This document shows, in pieces, positions 11,486 through 20,990 of a stretch of DNA of 64,000 nucleotides (positions within the stretch are counted from its first letter, which is position 1; every line of letters begins with the position of its first letter). The DNA is from Candidatus Eiseniibacteriota bacterium (GTDB lineage Bacteria; Eisenbacteria; RBG-16-71-46; CAIMUX01; VGJL01): positions 1,248,001 through 1,312,000 of the forward strand of contig CAWBWI010000001.1 of the NCBI GenBank assembly GCA_963792585.1, written 5' to 3'. Below the pieces are notes generated by a model that was not told the DNA's origin, searched no databases, and was given only the letters and a program-made list of their open reading frames with translations. The translations under genes were made by a program, and so were the position numbers.

Positions 11486-12400
11486 TCACCGCAGGACCAA
11501 CATCAGGGCCAGCCCGGAGAGGACCGTGGCAGCTACGAGAAGTTGGGGCACACGATTCAGCCGCTGCCTCGCCATCACGGACTCCACGCAGCCCGTGGCG
11601 ATCGCCAGGATGACCATCCCGGCCAGGCCGACGGCGAGATCCAGCGCGACATGACCCGTGCGGATCGGAAGCAGGATGCCGGTGACGAGCGCCCCAAGGA
11701 CCCAGAGCTTGAGCGCCGCGGCGTACTGCACGAACGCCAGATCGGGTCCCCCATGATCCAAGACCATCACCTCGTGGATCATCGTCAACTCGAGGTGGGT
11801 GTTGGGATCGTCGAAAGGGATGCGGGCATTCTCGGCCAGGTAGACCACGAAGAAGGCCGCGCCGATCAGGAGCAGGGGCAGGCCCCCGCTGGGACCGAAA
11901 TCGAAGAGCCGCACGGAGGCGTAGCCGTCGGAGAGGGAGAGACCGCCTCCCCGCCGGGCCAGGGTCGCGAGCCCGAGCAGCAGGGCCGGCTCGGCCAGCG
12001 CCGAGAAGGTGACCTCTCGACTCGCCCCCATCCCCTCGAAGCTCGAGCCGGTGTCGAGCGCCGCGAGGACCATGAAGAAGCGCATGAGGGCGAGGAGGTA
12101 CGCGAAGAGCACCAGATCCCCCGGAAACGCGGCGAGAGCCCGCACCCCGGCGAACGGCACCAGGAGCAAGGAAATGCTCACCGCGGCGAGACCGACGATC
12201 GGTCCGGCACGAAAGACCCAGGTCGTCGTGTCGCTGTAGACCGCGCCCTTCCGAAGGAGCTTCGCCAAGTCGTGGTAGCCCTGGAGGAGCGGCTGGCCCC
12301 GGCGGCCGGCGAAGAGCGCCTTCGTCCGGTTGACGATCCCGAGGAGAAGCGGCGCCAGGAAGATCGCAAAGGCGACGGGTACGATCGCGACGACGTTCAT
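11486..12400 (-). CDS. hyfC: NuoH/HyfC-like membrane subunit
   Basis: RRGQPLLQGYHDLAKLLRK, DTGSSFEGMGASRE, ENARIPFDDPNTHLELTMIHE. Confidence 0.92.
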   Translation of the reverse strand: MNVVAIVPVAFAIFLAPLLLGIVNRTKALFAGRRGQPLLQGYHDLAKLLRKGAVYSDTTTWVFRAGPIVGLAAVSISLLLVPFAGVRALAAFPGDLVLFAYLLALMRFFMVLAALDTGSSFEGMGASREVTFSALAEPALLLGLATLARRGGGLSLSDGYASVRLFDFGPSGGLPLLLIGAAFFVVYLAENARIPFDDPNTHLELTMIHEVMVLDHGGPDLAFVQYAAALKLWVLGALVTGILLPIRTGHVALDLAVGLAGMVILAIATGCVESVMARQRLNRVPQLLVAATVLSGLALMLVLR

Positions 12401-12403
12401 GGG

Positions 12404-14387
12404 CTAGGCCAGTTTCCAGACGAGAAGGAGCAGAAGGGTGAGGGCGATGTACAGCACGTAGAGCTGCATCTGTCCGCTCTGCAGCCAGCGCTGCTTCGCG
12501 AGCACGCGGCCCCAGCCCGCGAAGACCGGTTCGTAGACGCTCTTGTACATCGGATCCGCGGTGTGCGTCGTCAGCGAGGATTCCTCCGGGAAGAGACCGC
12601 CTGGGGGCGCGTACCGGCGGCGTGTCCGGAGCACGAAGTAGAACAGACCCGTGAGCGGCTGGGCGAACCCCGAAGCCGTGTACTGCATCCGCGGGTTCGG
12701 GGCCGCGTAACCGCAATCCCAGGTCGTGGCCGTCGTGACGGACCGGCCGGCCAGGAGCCTCCAGCGCAGGAAGGCGAGCGCGCCGACGCATGCGAGAAGT
12801 GCGGCCGCGCCTAGGACGATCCAGCGCATCGAGTCCGTAGCCATCGCCGGGACGGTGACATCAGCAAGAGGCAGATCGGCTGCGGCCGCCACGACACCCC
12901 TCATTCCACCAATCAGGATCGGGCCCAGCAGGCCGATTCCAACGCAACCCGCCGCGAGCACGATCATCGGAATGCGCATCGCCCATGCCGCCTCGGTCGC
13001 GCCGGCTGCTTGGTCGCAACGCGGTTCTCCGAGAAAGACGAACCCCGAAGGCCTTCGTGAAGCACGCTGCGGCGAGACCGCCGATGAGCGCGAGGGCTCC
13101 GATGGCGACGGCGCACGCGGCGGCGCCCACCGCGCCGAGACCGACGATCCCCTTCAGAGCGCCGAGGTAGATGAGGAGCTCGCTCACGAATCCGTTGAGC
13201 GGGGGCAATCCGCAGATGGCGACCGAGCCGACGAGGAAGAGCCCGCCCGTCCACGGCATTCTCTTCAGGAGCCCCCCCATGCGATCGATCTCGAGGCTGT
13301 GCGCAGCGTGGCCGACGGCGCCGGCGCCGAGGAAGAGCAGCCCCTTGAAGATGGCGTGATTCACGACGTGCAACATCGCGCCGGCGAATCCCAGGTAGGC
13401 CATCGCCGGCAGGCCATAGCTCTTGCCCAAGAGGCCCACGCCGAGGCCGAGGGCGATGATGCCGATGTTCTCGACGCTGTGGTAGGCGAGAAGCCGCTTG
13501 AGGTCGTGCTGCGCGAGAGCGAAGACCACGCCCAGCACCCCGGAACTCACGCCGATCGCGAGAATCGTCCAGCCCCACCACGGAGGCGGGATTCCAAGGA
13601 AGGTGATCGTGCGGACGAGGCCGTAGATGCCCGTCTTGATCATCACCCCGGACATCACGGCCGAGACATGACTCGGGGAAGCCGGGTGCGCCTCGGGTAG
13701 CCAGACGTGGAACGGCATGAATCCCGCCTTCGTGCCGAAGCCGATCACGGCCAGCAGAAAGGCGACGCTCGCGGCGCCGCGAGAGCCGGGCGCGATCCTC
13801 ATGGCGTCGAAATCGAGGGATCCGGAGGACTGACCGAGCATCAGGAAGAGGATCAACAATCCGGCCGTGCCCAGGTGCGTGGCAACGAGGTACGTCCGGC
13901 CCGCCTGGCGTACTTCCTCCTTTTCGTCCTCGAAGACGACGAGGAAGTACGAGGCCAGGGCCATGACCTCCCATGCGATCAGGAAGAGAACGCCGTTTCT
14001 CGCAACGAATACGAGGACCATGCTGGCGATCAGGGCATTGAAGAAGAACCAGCAGGCGCCCAGGTTCTTCTTCCCGCTCCAGGCCTTGAGGTAGGAGGCG
14101 CCGTAGATGCCGGTCAGGGCGGAGAGCGCCAGGACCGGCAGAATGAAGAACGCCGAAATCGGATCGACCCCGATGGAGAACGATCCCATCGGCATGCTCC
14201 AGGGAATCCGCAGCGCGAGACTCCCCCCGCGCACCAGCACCCCGATGGCCGTGACGAGCCCGAGAATCGATCCGGCAAGTAGCCCGGTCAGGGCCATCCC
14301 CGTCGAGATGCGTTCGTTGCGATGGGTCACGGCCGCGAGAACACCACCGGCGAGGATGATGCCGAGCGATGCCAGGAGGAGGGTCAC
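12404..14387 (-). CDS. hyfB: Antiporter-like membrane subunit (HyfB-like), one frameshift near 13030
   Basis: FLIAWEVMALASYF, GFGTKAGFMPFHVWLPEAHP, DLKRLLAYHSVENIG, PPLNGFVSE, TWDCGY..P.PRMQYTASGF. Confidence 0.9.
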
Positions 14388-14415
14388 CGCGCGGCGCTCT
14401 TGGGCCCCTGGGGGG

Positions 14416-15132
14416 TCATTCGGTCGCGCTCCCCGACCCGCGGAGCCGCTCTCCCTGGATCTCCAAGTCGTCCGCGCGTCTCACGGCGTTCAGGATCTCC
14501 TCGCGCGACGCCTGCCGGGAGAGGAGGGAACGGAACTCCTCGTCGCGAAGCGTGAAGGCGAGTCGCGAGAGCACGTGAAGATGGGCGCGCACGCCGGGGC
14601 TCACGATGGTGAACAGCGTGTTGACGGGCTTGCCATCGATCGCGGCGAAGTCGATCTCGTGCTCGAGGAAACACAAGGTCACGGTCGGCTTCGGGATGTG
14701 CATCACGATCGGATTGCGGACATGCGGGATTGCGATACCGTCGCCGACCCCCGTCGAGCCGAGCGATTCGCGGGCGAGGAGCACCTGGTGAAGGAACTGC
14801 CGATTGACTTCGTCCGGAAGCCTCATCAGGTCCACCACGGCCCGCAACACGGATGCTTTGTCCGTCCCGCCGACCCGATAGTGGATTCCCCCCGCTTCGA
14901 GCGCGTCCCCGACGGTGGGAAGGGGCATCCGGGCTGAATCCTCCGGTTCCTCGAAGATCTCCGGAGAGACGTTGATCCTGCGCGATGTCGCCCACTCAAG
15001 GAGTTCGGCCCGGTTGAACCGGTGCTGCTCGTTGATGCGATAGGCCGGAAGTCGCCCCTCTTTGATCCAGCGGTAGATGGTCTTCTCGGAGACCCCCAAG
15101 AGACGCGCGGCTTCCCTAACCCCGAGTTGCAT
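14416..15132 (-). CDS. Excisionase-like HTH (HTH_17) fused to a PTS EIIA(Ntr/Fru) domain
   Basis: VREAARLLGVSEKTIYRWIKEGRLPAYRIN...RF; then ARESLGSTGVGDGIAIPH with the phospho-His, and IDFAAIDGKPV. Confidence 0.92.
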   Translation of the reverse strand: MQLGVREAARLLGVSEKTIYRWIKEGRLPAYRINEQHRFNRAELLEWATSRRINVSPEIFEEPEDSARMPLPTVGDALEAGGIHYRVGGTDKASVLRAVVDLMRLPDEVNRQFLHQVLLARESLGSTGVGDGIAIPHVRNPIVMHIPKPTVTLCFLEHEIDFAAIDGKPVNTLFTIVSPGVRAHLHVLSRLAFTLRDEEFRSLLSRQASREEILNAVRRADDLEIQGERLRGSGSATE

Positions 15133-15353
15133 CCGCCCCGCCTCCTGTCAAATCCGAATGGATTGGAACAAGTTGAGACATGGGGCGAATCTTGTCCTAA
15201 GACGTCCGTTGCGTCAAGGGTTCGCGCACCTGCCCGGCTCTCCGCCGGGGGGCGTTCCCTTCGATCCCCGAGCGTGACCGGTCCCAAACGCCCGACCGCG
15301 CACGGCCCATCTTCGACGAGCCGTGCGCGGTGGTCCAACCGGGGTGGATTGGG

Positions 15354-17117
15354 TCAGTTCGTGATCACGACATTTTGCGTCGCGCGATCCCTCCCGGACT
15401 CGAGCTTCAGCCAGTAGATGCCGGCGGGGAGGACGCGGCCGGAGCCGTCCTCGAGCGCGCATATGCGCCGGCCGGGTCCCGCATTCACCTCGCCCTCGAA
15501 GAGCGTCGACAGCTTGCGCCCCGCCGCGTCCCAGATCGTGAGGCTCACGAAACCGCGATTGGGGAGCGTCCAGGAGATCTCGACCTCGCCCGTGGTCGGG
15601 GTCGGTGACGGCGTGTTCAAGATCAATGCGCGCGATCCGTCGCCCATCGACTCAACGTCGGCGGTCACGCAGGGATTGGGATCGCAGACGGTGCGGTTCC
15701 CCATATAGGTGTCGCCGCAGTCGACTTCGAGCGTGACCTGGCAAGCGCCGTTGTTGTGGCAACAGGCGCCAACGATCGCCTCACACGGATTCGGGTCGCA
15801 CGTCGTGCCGACGCCCAGGAACACGTCACCACAGTGGGCCATGGTCTGGAGCTCGCAAACTGCTGCATCTGCGCAGCAGGCACCCATCAGGTCGCCGCAC
15901 GGATTGGGATCACATGTGGTCCAGTCTCCCATGTACACGCCGACACAACCGAACGGATCCGTGAGCTCGCAAAGTCCGTCGCCGAAGCAGCAGGCTCCGA
16001 TCGCCGCGCCGCACGGGTTCGGCATGCAGATCGTGCCGTCGCCCTGGTAGGAGCCGCCGTTCGCCGCGCACATGTCGGGATCCTCGACCTCGCATGATTG
16101 ATCGGCGAAGCAGCAGGCGCCGAATCCCGTACCGCACAGATTCGGCACGCAGGGAGCATAGTCTCCGTGATAGGTCCCTCCGTTGGCCGCGCAGTCGGCG
16201 GGCGTGAGCGTGACGCACTGTCCGGAGGGGAGACAACAAGCGCCGGTGACCGGCGCCGAGCCGCACGTGAAACTCTGGCAGCGAATCATCACGTCGGAGT
16301 CCAAGACCGCGTCGCCTGCGTCGGCGATCGCGATCTTGATGTGGTTCGTGCCCGGGAGAATCGTGCCGGTCGCATAGAAGACCTGGGTCAATCCATCCAA
16401 CTCCGTGTTGATGGAACCGCCGCCGTCATCGAGGTCGTTGTTCCGGTAGCAATCGCAGTTCGGTCCGACACCCACATATGGATTCCCGCAGTTCACGTTG
16501 TTGATCGAGACCGGAGATCCCGCGCCGCTGCAACCCATCGGTGCCACCGCGATATTCGTGCCGTTCAGGAAGAACCCGAAGACGTCGTTGAAGGGAGTGT
16601 TCACGTACTCGTTGTATTCCTCGGACCCGAATGTGTACTGGAACACGACCTCCTGCGCCGTCGAGCAGGTGAAATCGAACTCCAGGATGGCTGCGTCAAA
16701 GGTCGTGTATCCGGGGATCAGCCCTTCGAGGTCGAGGTCCCCCACGGCCATGTTGTCGGTCGTGGTGGCGTCGCCTAGATTCGGACCATTGAGGGTGTTC
16801 ACGTCGCCGGAGCTCAGGATGATCCCCTGATCGAAACCGACGACACCCAAGCCGCCGATGAAGGTGCCCGCCGCTTGCGGCGCGGCGATCAGGACGGCGT
16901 TCGTCACAGTGACATCCGGGCCGAGAAGACACTGCAGGAGTTCCCCGACACTGACCGCAGGCTGGACGAGCTTCGGCCCGCCCCCCCGTTCCGCGATGTA
17001 GTTGGTGCCTGTCGGTCGACTGCCGACGCCTCCAGCGACATGGACGACGGCCAGCGACATGAGGAGCGCGAGCACCACTTTGCCTGCGCGCCATTTGGCA
17101 ACATGAGTGATTCGCAC
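15354..17117 (-). CDS. Secreted choice-of-anchor L-like protein with five Cys-rich repeats and a C-terminal FlgD-Ig-like domain
   Basis: GIILSSG, DAAILEFDF, YTFGSEEYNEYV...FNDVFGFFLNGTNIA, HIKIAIADAGD..LDS; GACC..PNPC repeats; IWDAAGRKL..L...LPAGIYWLKL. GTG start at 17117 after a purine-rich RBS. Confidence 0.8.
   Translation of the reverse strand: MRITHVAKWRAGKVVLALLMSLAVVHVAGGVGSRPTGTNYIAERGGGPKLVQPAVSVGELLQCLLGPDVTVTNAVLIAAPQAAGTFIGGLGVVGFDQGIILSSGDVNTLNGPNLGDATTTDNMAVGDLDLEGLIPGYTTFDAAILEFDFTCSTAQEVVFQYTFGSEEYNEYVNTPFNDVFGFFLNGTNIAVAPMGCSGAGSPVSINNVNCGNPYVGVGPNCDCYRNNDLDDGGGSINTELDGLTQVFYATGTILPGTNHIKIAIADAGDAVLDSDVMIRCQSFTCGSAPVTGACCLPSGQCVTLTPADCAANGGTYHGDYAPCVPNLCGTGFGACCFADQSCEVEDPDMCAANGGSYQGDGTICMPNPCGAAIGACCFGDGLCELTDPFGCVGVYMGDWTTCDPNPCGDLMGACCADAAVCELQTMAHCGDVFLGVGTTCDPNPCEAIVGACCHNNGACQVTLEVDCGDTYMGNRTVCDPNPCVTADVESMGDGSRALILNTPSPTPTTGEVEISWTLPNRGFVSLTIWDAAGRKLSTLFEGEVNAGPGRRICALEDGSGRVLPAGIYWLKLESGRDRATQNVVITN
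15667..16250 (-). repeat. Five tandem ~35-39 aa Cys-rich repeats (GACC-x5-C-x7-C-xn-C-xPNPC)
   Basis: Seen directly in the translation of ORF 15354..17252. Confidence 0.9.
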
Positions 17118-17496
17118 GATTCCCCCCTCTCGATGGCTCCGCTCCGCGTGCCCTTGACCATTCCGGCTTTGGAGCGCAACCCAGCGAGGAAATTCCGAGG
17201 ACCTTGTTGTTACATCCCTTCGACGGACCGGCCGCGCGACCCGGCTTCGCACGATCTGTAACAGCTCGGGTCGCCGTCTTCACAACTCGGGTCCTGGGCA
17301 CCGCGCGCGGCCGTTGCCAACAGGGGCCAATATTCTATCCCATGACGCTCGGAGGCGTCTACTTGACATTGCGTCGAGAGGCTCGGAAATGGCCCGGGAC
17401 TCCTCGGGCGGGTCCGCGCGCGCCCTCCCCCCGGGTCAGCGCCGGGGCAGCAAGCACCCTGTGCTTTGGGAGGTGATCGGCGGGAGGCCGATGCCG

Positions 17497-18165
17497 TCAG
17501 GACCCCTCCGGGTTACGTCCGGCCAGCGCGGCCGCCGCGGCCGCGGCGCGCTCTTCGAGTGCTGCCACGCGGGCGGTGAGTGGACCCAACGCCGCATCGT
17601 CCGTGGCAGCTCCGGCCGGTGCCGGGGCCATCCCCTGCTGCTGGCGGCCACGGACGAACTTCAAGTATCCGAGGCCGATCGCCACGATCAGGGCAAAGAG
17701 GATGACCCAAAACCTCGCCACGGAGTTGCCCGAGAAGACCACCCAGCCGACGCCGTAGACCATGGTGAACAGGCCGCCGAGGAGGAGCCCGTTCGAGATC
17801 ACTCGAATCCGCTCGTTCTGGGTGAGGGAGACGACCAGCACGAGCGTGGCGAAGAGGACGAGGATGATGCTCGTCACCCGAGCCCAGTCCTTCAGCTCCG
17901 CTTGGTGTTTCTCGTTGAGGGCGTCCTGCTCGGCCCTCAGGCTGTCGAGTTGCGCCTGCTCGGCCGCCGTGAAGCTGCCGGGGGCCGCCTTGGCGTTCAA
18001 CGACTCCTGCCGCCGCGAGGTCTCCTGCATCCGTTTCGTGTACTTCTCGGCCGGCGACGGATAGAAGGTGTTCACGCCGACACCGACGAATGCCAGCACC
18101 ATGAGTCCGAGGAAGAACGAGAAGATGGTCTGCAGCGCATAGTGCTGCCGATCCGTTGCGATCAT
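17497..18165 (-). CDS. Hypothetical membrane protein (4 TM, coiled-coil loop)
   Basis: FVGVGVNTFYPSP; NGLLLGGLFTMVYG; hydrophobic segments; RBS GGAGG. Confidence 0.7.
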   Translation of the reverse strand: MIATDRQHYALQTIFSFFLGLMVLAFVGVGVNTFYPSPAEKYTKRMQETSRRQESLNAKAAPGSFTAAEQAQLDSLRAEQDALNEKHQAELKDWARVTSIILVLFATLVLVVSLTQNERIRVISNGLLLGGLFTMVYGVGWVVFSGNSVARFWVILFALIVAIGLGYLKFVRGRQQQGMAPAPAGAATDDAALGPLTARVAALEERAAAAAAALAGRNPEGS

Positions 18166-18394
18166 GGTCCCTCCCGTGCGGTTCCGGCGAGTTGCCGGAG
18201 ACGTGCGAATCGCCTCGACTCACACCGGCCCTCCTGCCCGCCTCCACCGCCGAATCTCAGGAAGTCTACCGGAACTGCACCCCTGTTTCCGCGAATCGAT
18301 TGCGGGGCGGGTGACTCCACGCCGACGCAAGTGCTACGATTCTGAGTTTGCTTCGACCGCGGCGCGCGAGACCTTCGGCAAGGAGAAGGGCACT

Positions 18395-20189
18395 ATGAGA
18401 ATCCTCTATCACTATCTCAAGAGATACCGCGGCCGGGTGCTCCTGGCGCTGTTCCTTGCGACCGTGAATCAGTGCTTCTCCCTGCTCGATCCCCAGATCT
18501 TCCGCCACATCGTCGACGAGTACGTATCGAAGTTCAAGCAGTACACCGGCACGGAGTTCTTCCGCGGCGTCTCGATGCTCCTGCTCGCCGCGGTCGGGGT
18601 GGCATTCGTCTCCCGTGTGGCGAAGAACTTCCAGGACTACTTCATCAACGTCATCACGCAGCGGCTCGGCGCGGAAATGTACGCCGACGGCCTGAAGCAC
18701 TCGCTGGAACTGCCGTATCAGGTATTCGAGGACCAGAGAAGCGGCGAGACGCTGGGCAAGTTGCAGAAGATGCGGACCGACGTCGAGCGGCTGATCTCCG
18801 TGGGAATCAACTTCGCCTTCACGACCTTCGTCGGGGTCGTCTTCGTGACCGTCTACGCGATCACCGTTCACTGGCTGATCGCCCCGATCTACTTCTCCAC
18901 GATTCCCATCATCGGCGGGCTGAGCGCCATCCTCAGCCGCAAGATCAAGAAGGTGCAGAAGGTCATCGTGGCCGAGACGACGGCCCTCGCGGGGTCGACC
19001 ACGGAATCGCTCCGAAACATCGAGCTGGTCAAGAGTCTGGGGCTCGCCCAGCAGGAGATCAGCCGCCTGAACGCGACGACGGACAAGATCCTCCAGCTCG
19101 AACTGAAGAAGGTGCGCTACCTGCGGAGCCTGAGCTTCATCCAGGGAACCTGCGTCAACGCCCTGCGCACGGGGATTCTCGGCCTGATGCTCTACCTCAT
19201 CTTCGCGCAGCAGATCACGTTCGGGCAGTTCTTCGCGCTATGGATCTACTCGTTCTTCATCTTCGGACCGCTGCAGGAGCTGGGAAACATCATCAACGTC
19301 TACCGGGAGTCGGAGGTGTCGTCTGAACAACTTCGAGGAGATCCTGCGCATGCCCGCCCGAGCCCCGGCCCGCGTCGCCGGTTCGTCCTCGAGCACATCG
19401 ACAGCCTCGACTTCGACCACATCAGCTTCCGGCACTTGAGCGGCACGACGGACGCAGTCACCGATGTCACGTTCCGGGCCACGAGGGGCGAGACGATCGC
19501 CCTGGTCGGTCCGTCGGGCTCGGGCAAGACCACGCTCGTCAAGCTTCTCGTCGGCCTCTACCGCCCGCACACCGGGCGCGTCTGCTACAACGGGGTGGCG
19601 GCGGACGCCGTCGACCTCGATCGACTGCGCGAGCGGATCGGCTTCGTCACGCAGGACACCCAGCTCTTCTCCGGCACGATTCGGCGAGAACCTCGTCTTC
19701 GTCAACCCGACGGCGACCGACGAGGAGTGCCTGGACGTCCTGCACAAGGCGGCCTGCCAGAGCTTGCTGGCCCGGGCGCCCAATGGGCTCGATACCGTGA
19801 TCGGGGAGGCGGGGGTGAAGGTGTCGGGGGGCGAGAAGCAACGGCTGTCGATCGCCCGTGCGCTCCTGCGTCATCCCGACCTTCTCGTCTTCGACGAGGC
19901 GACCTCCGCGCTCGACTCCCTGACGGAGGAGGAGATCTCGGCCACGATTCGTGAGATCTCTCTGTGGAAGTCGCTCATCACCATTCTCATCGCGCACCGG
20001 CTCTCGACCGTGATGCACGCCGACACGATCTACGTCCTGGAGCGCGGCCGGATCGTGGAGTCGGGGAAGCATGCCGAGTTGCTTGCGATGAAGGGTCTGT
20101 ACTTCGCAATGTGGCGTCAGCAGATCGGGGAACGGGGCGATCCCCCCGCGGTCGAAGATCTGGAGCGTGCGGTGATCTCCGGGCGCTGA
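18395..20189 (+). CDS. ABC exporter, fused TMD-NBD (MdlB/MsbA-like), frameshifted
   Basis: Six-TM domain, [41 protein letters not shown]; joined from ORFs 18164..19954 and 19464..20189. Confidence 0.9.
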
Positions 20190-20211
20190 AGGACGCGGAG
20201 GAATAGACAGA

Positions 20212-20237
20212 GGGAAGGCCGCTTGCGCGGCCTTCCC
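20212..20237. terminator. Hairpin between convergent genes
   Basis: GGGAAGGCCGC-TTGC-GCGGCCTTCCC perfect 11-bp stem. Confidence 0.65.
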
Positions 20238-20293
20238 GGATGGTTACTCGTCACCTTAGAGGGACAAGCAGATTGGCTGCTGCCCGAAGGGGA

Positions 20294-20602
20294 CTAGTAC
20301 CGGCGCGAGGAGCTTCCGCCGGCGTTGCCGAAACTCCGGTCGCCACCGCGGTCTTCGCGGGGCTTGGCCTCGTTGACGGTGAGGGCGCGGCCCTTGTGGT
20401 CGCGGCCGTTCAGCGCCGAGATCGCCGCCGTCGCCTCGCTATCGGAACTCATCTCGACGAACCCGAAGCCCTTGCTGCGTCCGGTGTCGCGGTCCATGAT
20501 GACCTGCGCGCTCCTGACGGAACCGTGGGGAGTGAACATCTGCTCCAGGTCGGAATTCTCGACATCGAAGCTAAGATTACCTACGTACAACTTGGCACCC
20601 AT
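20294..20602 (-). CDS. RRM (RNP-1) RNA-binding protein with Gly-rich tail
   Basis: RNP2 LYVGNL, RNP1 KGFGFVEM, LTVNEAKPRE; RBS AAGGAG. Confidence 0.95.
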   Translation of the reverse strand: MGAKLYVGNLSFDVENSDLEQMFTPHGSVRSAQVIMDRDTGRSKGFGFVEMSSDSEATAAISALNGRDHKGRALTVNEAKPREDRGGDRSFGNAGGSSSRRY

Positions 20603-20990
20603 CGTTGTTCTCCTTTGAACTCGGATAGCGGATCCATTTTTGTCTCTCCGGATCCATTGGAAAGGGACCCTGTGTGGGTCCAGAAGGAAGGACGAACGAG
20701 GCCAAGCAGCGTGGACAGATACAGAACCGCACAGACCAGACTCTTTCGGCAAACCAACTAGTCGGACCGTACGCTGCGCCGCGCGTCGAGAGCAAGGTAA
20801 TTCGAAGCGGCGATTCCCGCGCATGTGTCGCTGCAGACGGGTCCGATCACGGCTGCAGCGCGCTAACCGACTGCCGGCCGTGATCATACAGGATCTTCGA
20901 GAGTCGCTGCAGAAATGCTAAACGTGTGATACCATCGGATTCGCCAAGGGTCACGTCAAATTACATGCACTAACCCAAGGTGGTGTTCCG

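Noticed and set aside
15000..15132. Excisionase as a sign of a prophage or ICE
   Set aside because: The HTH is fused to PTS EIIA; no integrase, att site or tRNA nearby.
17520..17552. GC-rich palindromic stretch
   Set aside because: Explained by a poly-Ala coding run.
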